DNA of 64,000 nucleotides from Octopus vulgaris (Eukaryota). The notes under the pieces are model-generated. The model worked only from the letters and a program-made list of their open reading frames with translations, was not told where the DNA came from and did no database searches. A program made the position numbers and the translations under genes. The DNA lies in contig OX597823.1 of assembly GCA_951406725.2 (NCBI GenBank), positions 54,870,001-54,934,000 on the forward strand, written 5' to 3'. Positions 24,895-37,182 of this stretch are shown here, one piece after another (position 1 is the stretch's first letter; each line of letters opens with the position of its first letter).

Positions 24895-25100
24895 CAGGGT
24901 GGGGCAAAAGTCATGCATGAATACATTTGACCTTTTATTTATTTTATATGTTATTACTATTATCATTTTTCATTTTGTTCATCATGTACGAGTATGTGTG
25001 TAATTCATCATTATTTATTTTATTCAATTTCAGCAAAATTGAAGCATGTCTTTAACAATTCTGAATTTTACTGAACTTATTTTGTATACAACTTTTGGTC

Positions 25101-25107
<7 letters not shown>
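24895..25107. mobile_element. Tc1/mariner-type MITE
   Basis: Imperfect TIR cagggtggggcaaaagt / acttttggtccattctg, in (TA)n. Confidence 0.55.
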
Positions 25108-25149
<42 letters not shown>

Positions 25150-25150
<1 letters not shown>

Positions 25151-25283
25151 CTGTGTTCCTTTCTATGGAAGAGGATAGGCTTGAAATGTTAAAGACTTTT
25201 TCACTTCCTGAGCATTATACTAATACATCTGTTTGTTGTCTACACCACTTGTCTTCGTCTTTTGTTTTTTTGTGAATTCTCCC

Positions 25284-25284
<1 letters not shown>
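25150..25284 (+). mobile_element. Degenerate copy of the hammerhead-bearing short element
   Basis: ccttt-ctatgga-agaggataggctt-gaaatgtt-aaaga plus the family 3' segment, between (TA)n tracts. Confidence 0.5.
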
Positions 25285-25345
<61 letters not shown>

Positions 25346-25629
25346 TGTGTGTGTGTGTGTGAACGTATTAGTAAAGCTTCGACATGTAAAAAATGACTGC
25401 AGCTGCTAATAGAATAAGCATCATCTGCTCAAAAGACAACTGACAAACAGGGTTGTTCTCAGTCTGAAAAACGGTAACATATAATATAATTTCAATCAGG
25501 AAGCCCTGGGTGGCTGTATCTAAGAAGATTTGTGGTTTTATTACATTATACAAACATACATATTTATATATATATAAATCTCTCTCTATATATATATACA
25601 CACACACCACACCACAGACACATATATAT

Positions 25630-25770
25630 AATTGAAATTTACAGAAAAACAAAAGACGAAGACAGGTGTATTAGTTTGATGCTTGGGGAGGTGAGAACGT
25701 CTTTTATATTTTGAGCCTATGCTCTTCAACAAAAAGGAATAAGAGAAAACAAACAGAGAGAGAATAAAAG
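25630..25770 (-). mobile_element. Degenerate copy of the hammerhead-bearing short element
   Basis: Minus strand reads cctttTTGTTGAAGAGCataGGCTCAAAATATAaaag, plus the family 3' segment. Confidence 0.5.
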
Positions 25771-27075
25771 AACTTTTGGAGTTAGTGGTCATATAGTTCT
25801 GTGAGCTGCATGATAACCTTAATAGTGCAGGTGGCATGAAAAATGCATCAAGTACACATTGTAAAGTGGTTGATGTTAGGAAGGGCATCCAGCTATTGAA
25901 GTCGTGCCAAAGCAGACACTGGAGCATGATGGAGTTCTTGGACTCAGCACACCCTGTCAAACCAGCCAACACATGTCAGCATTCACACACACACACATCC
26001 ATACAGCCACGTGAGCATAGAAAATGGATGTTAAATGATGATGAAAATAATGATATATATATATACATATCTATATGCTTGCAAATATATACATATATAC
26101 ACGTGTGTGTGTGTGAGTGTGTATATATATATATATATATACATACATATGTATGTGTGTGTATGTACATATATATACATGTATATATGAGGATATTATT
26201 GTTTATGATAATATCAGTGGCTTAGCATGTGTAAAAAAAATTGAGCAGTAAAAAATTATCAATTAATAATTAAGGATACTAACGTGAAAACTTGTGGTTT
26301 GGTCATTTTGACTGCTATTTTAGCATGCCAGTACTGCTTGTTTGTACCCTTAATTATTTATATATATATATATATATGTACATACACACACAAGCACAGA
26401 CACACACAGTAAGAGAGGAAGAGGTTACAATATACAACATTAAAATATACATATACAAGAATAAATATGAATGTGTGCATGTGTGAAGAGATATAGAAGA
26501 TAATATTGGATATCAATCATCTGCAATACAAAGAGCATTTGTTGTTACTATGTTATATGGAATTAATCAATATATTACATCTGTAATTAATTGATGGTTA
26601 AACAGTATTATTGTTACTGATAATATATATTTATTGCCAGTATGCAAATGAGGAATTGGTTTAATTTGATTATATTTTTATTTAATGAATATTTTAAGTT
26701 TAGAAAATTAGTATTCATTTCATTGTTTTTTATATAAAACAGTATGAAATTTGATGTTACAAATACAGTACCTATGTAACTGTATGCGATATTATTAACC
26801 TACAGTGATAAAATAGGTTCCTAACATCATCTGTCACATGACAGGAACGATTTCATCATCATCATCATCATCATCATCGTTTTGCTTCAGTCTTAGGACT
26901 CTAGCAATGCTGCGTCACTGCTTTTAAGAGTTTAGTCAAACAAATCAATCCTAGTAATCGTTTTTTTATGTTTGGTACTTATCCTATTGACTTCTTTTGC
27001 TGAACCATGGAGTTATGGAGAGATAAACAAACCAACACTGGTTGTCAAGTGGAGGAATTGGAGGAAAACATAAAT

Positions 27076-27110
<35 letters not shown>

Positions 27111-27266
27111 GGGATTCCATACTGTTTCTATCTACCAAATCCACTCAAAAGGTACTGGCCAGTCTGGGATTATAGTAGAAGACACTTGCCCAAGGTGGCA
27201 CACAGTGACACCAGACCCAAAGCCACTTGGTTGCAGAACAAACTTCTTAACCACACATCTAAACTT

Positions 27267-27559
27267 AATACAGTTCTATATTCAAGAGATGAGGAATTAT
27301 GTGCATTATTTATGGGCATATGGCATAGTGGTTAAGAGTGCGGGCTACTAGCCCCAAGATTACGAGTTCGATTCCAGGCAGTGACCTGAATAACAACAAC
27401 AACAACAATATTGAAAAATACCTTAGGAATGAGAACCCAGGTTCGAAATTTCCCCAAGACACCTCATGAAGGCTGGAGGGTATATCAGCTGAAACATTGT
27501 GTTAGCAACAAACAAGATGAGGACAAATATCCATCAAGTGTAAATAATGTAAATAATGT
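27267..27559 (+). mobile_element. tRNA-derived SINE carrying a hammerhead-like motif, with 12-bp TSD
   Basis: A box TGGCATAGTGG (27321), B box GAGTTCGATTCC (27364). Motif gacac-CTCATGA-A-GGCTG..CAGCT-GAAAC-ATT-gtgtt (27458-27503). Tail (GTAAATAAT)2. TSD acatctaaactt at 27255-27266 and 27560-27571. Confidence 0.7.
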
Positions 27560-28053
27560 ACATCTAAACTTGTACTTGTGATGAAATTTTCGACATATTA
27601 AGAAATAAATGAAAATGATCTCAAATTTTCTGTAAATTCTTAAATGATAAAAATGACTTTTCTATGATGTAATTGTTTCACATCCTGCAGAGAGTCTCAG
27701 ATCAAGGCAGTTGTACAACTTGGAAGTATGTTACTGTTATCGACAATAATAATCTTATATTCTTTATCTTTTATATTGATATTTCAAATTAATGTTATCT
27801 TGTGGAAGGAAAAGACAATAAGGAATTCTGAGTTTGTTTGTTGGGTGTTGTTGTTGTTGTTGTTGCTGTTGTTGTCGTTTTGTGTCTTATCTTTTATCTT
27901 TCACTTGTTTTTAGTCATTGGACTGCAACCATGCTGTGGCACTGCCTTGAAGTGAAATGTTTAGTTGAACAAACTGCCACCAGTACAGTTTTTTCTGCTT
28001 TTTTTTTTTTAACTTGATGTTTATTCTATCAATTTTTTATGCTGAAATGCTAA

Positions 28054-28417
28054 GGACAGGAGTGGCTGTGTGGTAAGTAGCTTGCTTACCAACCACATGG
28101 CACCTTGGGTAAGTGTCTTCTACTATAGCCTCAAGCTGACCAGAAGGAAACTGAAAGAAGCCCATCGTATATATGTATATATATATAGATATATATATAT
28201 AATATGTGTGTGTTTGTGTGTCTGTGTTTGTCCCCCCAACACTGCTTGACAACCGATGCTGGTGTGTTTACGTCTCCGTAACTTAGTGGTTCGGCAAAAA
28301 AGACCAATAGAATAAGTACTGGGCTTACAAAGAATAAGTCCTGGGGTCGATTTGCTTGACTAAAGGTGGTGCTCCATCATGGCCACAGTCAAGTAAAAGA
28401 AACAAGTAAAAGAGTAA
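28054..28417 (+). mobile_element. SINE family A copy
   Basis: Colinear with 2134-2555, with small deletions. Confidence 0.85.
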
Positions 28418-28611
28418 ACTAACAACAGATGTCAGGCAGCAGTGTAAGACAAAACAGACAAACACACACAATTCTGCCAGCTGCTGTGAGGACTTTATGA
28501 CTTTGATAGTAGGTCTGTTTGATCAGCCTTAAGGCTAAACAACAATTGCAACAGCAAATTCCTCAAGTATTTCCTTATTTAGTTGCTTGTCAGACATATC
28601 AAGGCTATTAA

Positions 28612-28833
28612 CCCTTTTGTTACTGTATTTATTTTGAGATGCTCTGTGTTTCTTTCAATTAATTTTAAATATGACAAAGAATTTAGTAAACTAACTTAGT
28701 TACCATTAAGCTAGTGTTAGGAACATAAATTGTGACTAAGGTTCGGTGGAAGATTTTAATTCAAAACTTATGAAAACAACACATTTGTAATACAGAGCCA
28801 GAGCCGGTTTCAGCCAGGTTGGTATCGAAAGGG
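28612..28833. mobile_element. piggyBac-type MITE, second family
   Basis: TTAA-cccttttgttac ... gtatcgaaaggg-TTAA; partial relative at ~60500-60600. Confidence 0.8.
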
Positions 28834-29029
28834 TTAACAGAGACATCCAGTGATGCCTGAGTATTATATTGAAGTAACATGTGACAAATGAGTTTATACT
28901 TCACTTTGTACTAAAACCTTTAATTATTTCCTTATTTCATAACTTGTCTATCATATTAATGTTATGTCCATTCATCTATAAATGTTTGATTGTCACATCA
29001 ATTCTCAATCTCAAATTTATACTGTATAT

Positions 29030-29292
29030 AGGGGCAGGTATGGCTGTGTGGTAAGAAGTTTGCTTCCCAACCACAAGGTTCCAGGTTCAGTCCCAATGTG
29101 TTGCACCTTGTACATATGTCTTCTACTATAGCCTTAGGCTGACCAAACCCTTATGAGTGAATTTGGGGGAAGGAAACCAAAAGAAACTCATTGTACATAT
29201 GCATACCTACATATATACATACACACACACACACACACATACATACACACACACACACACACATACATACATACATACATACATACATACAT

Positions 29293-29327
<35 letters not shown>

Positions 29328-29580
29328 TTTATATATTTATATATCTGTGTGTGTTTGCGTGTGTGTGTCTATGTGTCTGTGCTTGTTCTCCCTGCTTGAC
29401 AACTTGTATTGGTTTGTTTATGTCCCTGTAAATTAGCAGTTCAGTAAAGAGAAACTGATAGAATAAGTGTACCAGGCTTAAAAAATAAATAAGTACTAAA
29501 TTGACTAAAAAGTATTCATTAAAGTAGTGCCCCAGCATGGCCACAGTATATATACCAATAAAAGATAGAAAATGAAAGAA
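29030..29580 (+). mobile_element. SINE family A copy (older)
   Basis: Diverged but colinear; expanded internal microsatellite. Confidence 0.75.
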
Positions 29581-30031
29581 TCAAACTATCTTCACAATGT
29601 AATAATCATATCAAACTGAATGGTGTCTAAGTAAGATGTCTATATGTTGTGTTATGTGTGTGTGTTGTTCTGTGTATGAGTATTGTGTTGTGTTATGTAA
29701 GTATTCTTGTCCCTAGTATGTTGTGCGTTGTCTTTATGTTGTACTATCAGGTGACTTTTAAGCTAGCTCTTGTAGAGGGCTCTTCATTGGGCCTTGGCCC
29801 CAATAATGACACTTCATGCATTGAGTACATATTAAATTTTATCAAACTTGACCGATATTTTTCAAGCAATGAAGAATTTTTGTCAATACAATGATATAAT
29901 TTGTTGATTTGAAACTTATTCCAAAGGTTCATGATAAACAACATTTTTTGTCTTTCTATTGGAATTTTTTTCTGTCTAACCTCTCTCTCTCTCTTTCTCT
30001 TTGTTTTTCAACTATCAGTAACACCAATACC

Positions 30032-30257
30032 TATTTCTTTATTACCCACAAGGGGCTAAACACAGAGGGGACAAACAAGGACAGACATAGGTATTAAGTC
30101 GATTACATCGACCCCAGTGCGTAACTGGTACTTAATTTATCGACCCCGAAAGGATGAAAGGCAAAGTCGACCTCAGCAGAATTTGAACTCAGAACGTAAT
30201 GACAGGCGAAATACCGCTAAGCCTTTCGCCCGAGGTGCTAACGTCTCTGCCAGCTCG
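30032..30257 (-). mobile_element. tRNA-derived SINE, family C, young copy with 23-bp TSD
   Basis: Minus strand gagctggcagagacgttagc..gagttcaaattc..tttagccccttgtgggtaataaagaaata; TSD at 30009-30031 and 30293-30315. Confidence 0.88.
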
Positions 30258-30557
30258 TCTGTATTTGTTCCTCACCACCACTTGACAAACACCAACTATC
30301 AGTAACACCAATACCACTACCATCTTCACCACAACTGCCATACACACACCATTCAGATTTCTGACACCACCACTATCAACACCTTTGACTTTACCATTTT
30401 CCCCTCCACCATCATTACCACTGTCTTTCACATACATTATTATCACTGTCATGCTTGACCGTCCCAGCTACCACCACCACCACCACCATGTGTGTGTGTG
30501 AGGGTGTATATATGAGTGTGTGTGTGTTTGTATGTGTGTGTGTATGAGTGTGTGTAT

Positions 30558-30604
<47 letters not shown>

Positions 30605-31224
30605 CACACATGCACGTCTGTATTTGTTCCTCACCACCACTTGACAAACCAGTGTTGGTTTGTTTTTGTCCTTATAACTTAGCAGTTCAGCAATTGTGAC
30701 CAATAGAGTAAGTACCAGGCTTAAAAATATTAAGTACTGGGGCTGATTCTTTTGACTAAAATTCTTCAAGGCAATGCTCCTGCATGGCCACAGTCTAATG
30801 ACTGAAACAAGTAAAAGAATAAAAGAATTTCTGTGACCAGGTTACAAGTTCAGCTAAAACCAAAAATAAACAAACAAAAAAACCCAGGAAAGGAAGAAAA
30901 ATAGATGAGAATAGACAGAAGAAAGGAAAACTGCCAAGTCTCATGAAACCTTGCCCATAACTGGTTTCCAACAGATGTAGCAGGACTGTGTCAATGACCA
31001 ATCAGATTGTGTAGGTGTGATGACGTTTTTGTGTACTTTTCTGAAACAGTAGGACAGGATTAGAGAGAGATTTGACTCTTAGCTCTAGCAGGTTGAATAA
31101 CAAAGGATTGAGATACTTGGCACCTAGCCATACTCAAGAAGGCCCCTACTCTGCGACAGAAGCATTAAGACCAATCCTTCTGGTGGTGTAAATCATGCTG
31201 CATAAAAGTTGTGTCACGACAAGC

Positions 31225-31577
31225 AAAAAATGTCTGTGCAGCATCATGTAAAAGCACCTGTGTGGTGCCATGTAAAAGCGCCCATGTGGTACGACGTAAA
31301 AGTGTGTCCATGTGGGACCACGTAAAAGTGTCTGTGTTGTGTCATGTAAAAGTGCCTTTGTGGGGCCATATTAAAGTGCTTGTGTAGTACCTAATAAAAG
31401 CATTCCGCATACTCTGTAAAGTGGTTGGTGTTAGAAAGGGCATCCAGCTGTAGAAACCATGCCAGATCAGACTAGAGTCTGGAGTAGCCTCACTGGCTTG
31501 CCAGCTCTGGTCAAACTGCCCAACCTATGCCAGCATGGACAACAGATGTTAAATGATAATGACGATGATGAGGATGA
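31225..31577 (+). mobile_element. RTE 3'-UTR-derived element with minisatellite array
   Basis: Tandem tgtggtgccatgtaaaagcacc-like units at 31235-31402, then the shared tail and (GAT)n. Confidence 0.75.
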
Positions 31578-31712
31578 AGCTTCCTTATATGCAACTTGTG
31601 CATGTGTTGTGTTTGGTATGTATTTATGCGCTGTAAATATTTTCTATTCATGTCATATGTTATCTGATCTAAGTTTTGTTAAAGCCAAGGGGTTAATTTT
31701 TTTTTGCTTTAA

Positions 31713-32026
31713 CCCATAGAGCCTGTAACGCTGGTATAACAATGGCAATGCTAGGCATGCACATGTTGCAGCACTGGTAAATTGCCAAAGGGTCACTGGG
31801 TGCAGCATATTTGATTATGCATATTTTGGCCCTGTTTTAATTGACCAATCATTAGCAAGTATATATAAAGATTTTTACATGCTTAATAGCCTACTGACAA
31901 TGCAGAAATTGTATCATATATAAGTTATGACAATCCCACTTCTAATCCCTGTCAGACCTGAGTAAAAATGGCTCAGAAGCCCTGGCACAAGATCAAATAG
32001 TACCAAGGAGGTTAGGGATGATAGGG
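31713..32026. mobile_element. Possible piggyBac-type MITE
   Basis: TTAA-CCC ... GGG-TTAA termini with only weak further TIR similarity. Confidence 0.4.
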
Positions 32027-32674
32027 TTAAAACTCAATATTCTCTTACTTTCCTTTATCAGCTAGTCTGATCTACACTATCTATTTTATCTTGTCTGTTT
32101 TAACATTTCAGCTCAATCAAACCATATTTCTATCTATTGCATTAACTGTAAATGGCAATAAAAAAATATTCTACTCCGTAACTTTTGTCTTTCTGTATAA
32201 TATGTTCTGTGCTAGTTGCTTTTACATAATCTAATTTATTTCTGCATTTAAGATATTCTGTCACTTTTTACTTTTTCTTCATTGTTTTTAACCACTTACT
32301 ATCCACATTCTGGAGAATGTGTTTTTAAAATTTTATATTACATCAAGTGAACCGTAATATAATTGGTTAGAGGTTTTAGACACCATATTAGATACTGCAG
32401 GTTTACATATTCAAAGAAATGTGGATTGAATTGAATTAAAGCCAAATTATTGCTGGTATCCTTTATCTTTCACATCTTTCAGTCTCTAGACTGTGGTCAT
32501 GCTGGAGCACTGCCTTGAAGAACTTTTAGTTGAATCAATTGGCCCCAGTACTTTCTTTTTAAATCCTGGTTCTTAGTCTATCAGTTGACTTTGCCAAACT
32601 GCTACATTACAGGGACATAAACACACCAATACCAGTAGTCAAGTAGTGGTGACATACACACACACACATGCACG

Positions 32675-32743
<69 letters not shown>

Positions 32744-32886
32744 AGGACAGTCGTCTTTCAGTTTCTGTCCAACCAAATCCATTCACAAGTCTTTGGTCAG
32801 CTACTGAGGCTACATGGCACCTTGCTCAAGGTACCATGTAGTGGGATAGAATCTAGGATGATGTGATTGGGAAGCAAGCTTCTTAT

Positions 32887-33110
32887 TTCTTTATTGCCCA
32901 CAAGGGGCTAAACATAGAGGGGACAAACAAGAACAGACAAAGGGATTAAGTCGATTACATCGACCCCGTGCGTAACTGGTACTTAATTTATCAACCCCGA
33001 AAGGATGAACGGCAAAGTCAACCTCGGCAGAATTTGAACTCAGAATATAATGGCAGACGAAATAGCGCTAAGCATTTCGTCCGGCATGCTAATGCTTCTG
33101 CCAGCTTGCC
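32887..33110 (-). mobile_element. SINE family C copy nested in a family A head, 16-bp TSD
   Basis: TSD gaagcaagcttcttat at 32871-32886 and 33126-33141. Confidence 0.88.
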
Positions 33111-33251
33111 ATGGTTGTGTGGTAAGAAGCAAGCTTCTTATCACACAACCATGCCTGCACCTATAGATTTTATCAAACCTGGAGTTGAAAGCAAACTTGG
33201 TCTCAGCATTATTTTAATTCAGAATCAAGTGGAATGAAAGTAAAACCTTAA

Positions 33252-33471
33252 CCCTTAAGCATTCAGATTATTCTGTTGAATATAATGCTTATTTATTCAC
33301 ATTATTTTGAATTAATCATGCATTATCTTGTAGCTTTAAGATTTCCGTGATGTGTTTGTTTATTTTTAGTATGACATCATAGGATAGGTGTAAGAAACTG
33401 GATCTGGCCAGTTTGAGCAATAAACAAGTAGAATATTTTGACCGGATATGGCCAGTTTAAATGCTAAAGGG
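33252..33471 (-). mobile_element. piggyBac-type MITE
   Basis: TTAA-cccttaagcatt ... aatgctaaaggg-TTAA. Confidence 0.8.
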
Positions 33472-33518
33472 TTAAATGATTTAGTAAAGCTGCAGAGTAC
33501 AAAGGAAAAATAATAATA

Positions 33519-33930
33519 TAACTAGCTTAAACGCCGCATTCTGTGTGGACTTTTAAGCTAGCCCATGTGAAGGGCTAATTTGGCCCATGGCCCAAAACTG
33601 AAGAGAGCAATTATAATAAAGCCTTTATTGGTACCCTACCAATATGGTATTACTTTAAATCCAGCTTAAATGAAAAACATGTAAGTTCACAAATTTGTGG
33701 AGCTCTTTTCAAATTTGCATTTTCAACTGTTAGCATATAACAAATCCTCATCCACACCTGATCCCAATACTGGACATTCAAGAACCAAATGAAAGGTGGA
33801 TTTTCAGTTCTGGGATCACCCCGATTCCAAAATGGTATAATATGTCTATGAAGAGCAAATGTAGACTGAGATACAGGGGTCCCAGACAGACAGACAGACA
33901 GACAGAATTTTGCGTTTATTATTATAGATT
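33519..33930 (+). mobile_element. Helentron/DINE-1-like non-autonomous element
   Basis: Starts taactagc, has subterminal (CAGA)n and ends tttattattatagatt, the layout of HINE/DINE-1-type elements. Confidence 0.5.
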
Positions 33931-33993
33931 ATACTGTTTGAAGCTCTTTACCATTTCCTTCAACTCCACCAAACTGTGAATGTATAATTATTA

Positions 33994-34793
33994 GTTTTAA
34001 ATCTTAGCACAAGGCCAGCAATTTTGGGGGAGGGAGTAGTCAATGAGTAGTTGATTACATTAACCCTAGGGCTCAAATGGTACTTAGTTTATTGACACCA
34101 AAAGGATGAAAAATAAACTCAACCTCGACATAATTTGAACTTGGAATGTAACGATGGACAAAATGCCGCTAAGCATTTTGCCTTGTGTGCTAATGATTCT
34201 GCCATCTTGCTGCCTTTGTCTGTATAATTATTACAGTTGACTTATAACTCAGACTGAAAACATGGAAGAATGAAAAGCAAAGTCAACCTCAACAGACTTT
34301 GATCTCAAAATGACCAGATATACAGCTAAATATTGGTTTTAAATTATGGCACAAAGTGAGCACTTTCAAGGGAGTGGGTAAGTCAACTATATCGACTCCA
34401 GTACTCAACTGGTACTTATTCTATCGGCCCTGAAAGGATGAAAGGCAAAGTCAACCTTGGTGGCATTTGAACTCAGAACGTAAAAATGGATGAAATGTTA
34501 AGCATTTTGCCCAGCATGCTAACGACTCTGCCAGCTTGCCACCTTACATACAACTAACTATTGCTTTCAGGTTCAGGCACAAGGCCAGCACTTTCAGGGT
34601 AGGGGTAAGTTAACTACATTGATTCCAGTAATCAACTAGTACTTATTCTATTGTGCACGAAAGGATGAAAGGCAAAACCAACCTTGACACTATTTGAACT
34701 GAGAACATAAAGACAGGTAAAATGCTGCTAGGAATTTTGCCCAGCTTATGAATGGCTCTACCAGCTGGCTGCCTTACACACAGCTAAATATTG
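33994..34793 (-). mobile_element. Cluster of SINE family C-related copies (one single with 13-bp TSD, one tandem pair inside an older copy)
   Basis: TSD tgtataattatta at 33981 and 34221; spacer acagctaaatattg at 34322, 34550 (2 mismatches) and 34780. Confidence 0.8.
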
Positions 34794-36179
34794 CAAAGTA
34801 TTTTGTCCATAAATCTACCAATTCTAACAATCTACTTTGCTGTCTATTATATCAATGTCTTAAAGCCCACAAATCTGTTGGGACAGCACATCAGCTAGTT
34901 TCTCAAAAGATAACTGCTTCATCGAGATTAAGGATTCCAAGAGATTTGAATTAATAATAGCAAGCTAAAACATCATTTGCAGAGCTGTATACAAAGTTCT
35001 GGATGGCAAGTATTTACTTCCTCAATGTTAGAAAGTTGATATTTACTTTCCCAGTGAGCATGTATAAAAATGTAATTTAAAAAGTTAATGGATTAGAGAA
35101 TGAAATAATTTAGGGATGATATACATATGAAAATCAATAGATTAGTTCATTATTCGGTTGAGCTTGTTTGGACATTTTTAACTTGCACACACCATCCATC
35201 TTGGTCCCGCATTAGTGTATTAATTAAAGGAGTTCTTCAGGGAGGCATTCAGCGTCATTTGTGAGTTGGTTTACATAAGAAGATGGATTAGTTAGTGTTA
35301 ACATATCTAATGTATAGAGCATTAGGAAGCTCATAATTAATAAATACCTGGTGAAAAAAATACATATAATTTCAGTCTATGACTATCTGTATATAATATG
35401 AGTTGATTTATATTATTAAATTTCTCAAATTCAAAACCTCATCATCATCATCAACATCAACATCATCATCACCATTTAATGTCTGTTTTCCATGCTGGAA
35501 TGGACTGGATGGTTTAACAGGATCCAGTGATCTCCAGGGCTAATTCAAATTTCAGTATTAGCTTTGGCATGGTTTCTGTGACTCAATGTCCTTCCTAATG
35601 TCAACCACTTTACGGTGTGTACTGGGTGTTTTTTTACATGCCATTGGTTGTGAGGTTGCCAAGTAACTTGCAAGACAGAAAAGGGGATCAAGGAAAAGGA
35701 ACCTGCTTCTGCTATTAAGTGAAGGGGAGTACTTGAGATGGGAGAGGTGGCTTTATGTCAAAGCTAAAGTATGATTGAGAGACAATCATAAGTGTCTTGC
35801 TACAGAGGGAATGTATGGCTGCCACACATTATATAGGAGCTGGTGGGAGTAGTTGGGAGAAAATAAAGTTGATAGTGATTCAGTGTCAAGGAAAAAAATA
35901 CTTTACATTTTGTCTCAATTAGTTTGATCACTAATCAAAGCATTAAGATGTAAAAATTAAAAGACTTTCTTTTCATCTCTAAAGCTGAGCTTAAGAAAAT
36001 ATTATACTAACAATTAACAATAGTTCATCTCAGACATTTTGATATTTAATTGGTTTGTTCAGTTGAATAATAGAGCAACAATACATATTTCTTGGTGTTA
36101 CCCAAGGGCATGTTTTCCATTACATCTGACAAGAATCTGTGAATAATCCATAGGGTTATTATTACCACACATCTGTTTG

Positions 36180-36520
36180 GGCAATGTATCAATGGCATCA
36201 ATTAAATGAATGTACCCAGATTTCTATTGAAGTTACAGAAAGAAACATTGGGAACTTAAGAATAAAAGAAGCTATTTTAATCAACATATTAATGACTGAT
36301 CTGAACTGTATGTGGCTGACTGTCAACTATAGCAATGCAAAACAACCATTCATACACACATACTACAGGACAAGAAAATCAATTAACAACAGCATTTTCC
36401 CAAGGGTTTCCTGAAGAAGGGGCCCTAACCCTGAAATATTGAAATACCAGTTTAAACCATTAGTCTGTAATATTTTAAAAATTTACATTGTTTTTGCTTT
36501 AAAAAATATAATCAAAAACA
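36180..36520 (+). mobile_element. 3' end of a Penelope-like element: GIY-YIG C-terminus followed by a minimal hammerhead
   Basis: ERNIGNLRIKEAILINILMTDLN resembles the PLE endonuclease C-terminal motif (..KIKEA.YI....P.LN). It is followed by the hammerhead motif at 36406-36445. Confidence 0.65.
36406..36445 (+). ncRNA. Minimal type I hammerhead ribozyme-like motif (PLE type)
   Basis: gtttc-CTGAAGA-AGGG(gccctaa)CCCT-GAAA-TATT-gaaat: intact core, 4-bp stem II, palindromic stem III (AATATT), 5-bp stem I. Confidence 0.65.
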
Positions 36521-37182
36521 TTTATATATATATAAGACAATGCTTCATGCAAACTATACTACACTAATACATGTGCACATGTGTGTGTGTGTGTATGTGT
36601 GTGTGTGTGAGCATTTATGGCTTCTATACAGTTTCCATGTAACAAATTTAATTCACAAACACTTGGTCAATTTGAAGGTATGGTAAAAAGGATTTGATCA
36701 ATTGTGAGAATGTAACACTATGAGAATATATTGCTATTTATTTAATAAATTTAATTCTTATTTTTATATTATTAAATAACACTGTTGCATCATTGAATAC
36801 TAGAGGTCTTTGAATTCATTTTCACTTCATTCATAGCAATAACATCTGCTAATTCCCATCTAGAATCAATGGGGAGTTAATTATAATTATATTGGAATCT
36901 ATGGTTGTGAAAATATAAGAAACATGGAGCATGGCCATGTGATTAGCAATCAAAATATTTCATAATTTAGACATCATTTAAATGGATTTAATAATAATAT
37001 AAAAAATTCCTATCAGGCTTAAGAATCACATGACATAGTTATTTCCCATGGATTGATGTTAGCTTGTTAGATGTGTATGTGCGCGTGCGCATGCGTATGT
37101 GTGCATGTGTGCATATGTGTTTGTGTGTGTGTGTGTGTGTGATTCTATTTCCTTTTACCAACACCGAGCCACCAAAAGCCTA

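Noticed and set aside
27314-27386. Functional tRNA gene (also the heads of SINE families A, B and C)
   Set aside because: Acceptor stems do not pair, and each head is fused to a SINE body with tail or TSD.
35220-35260. Minus-strand ECLPEELL resembling a RhoGAP helix (LECLP)
   Set aside because: Immediately followed by a stop, with no flanking GAP similarity or splice sites.
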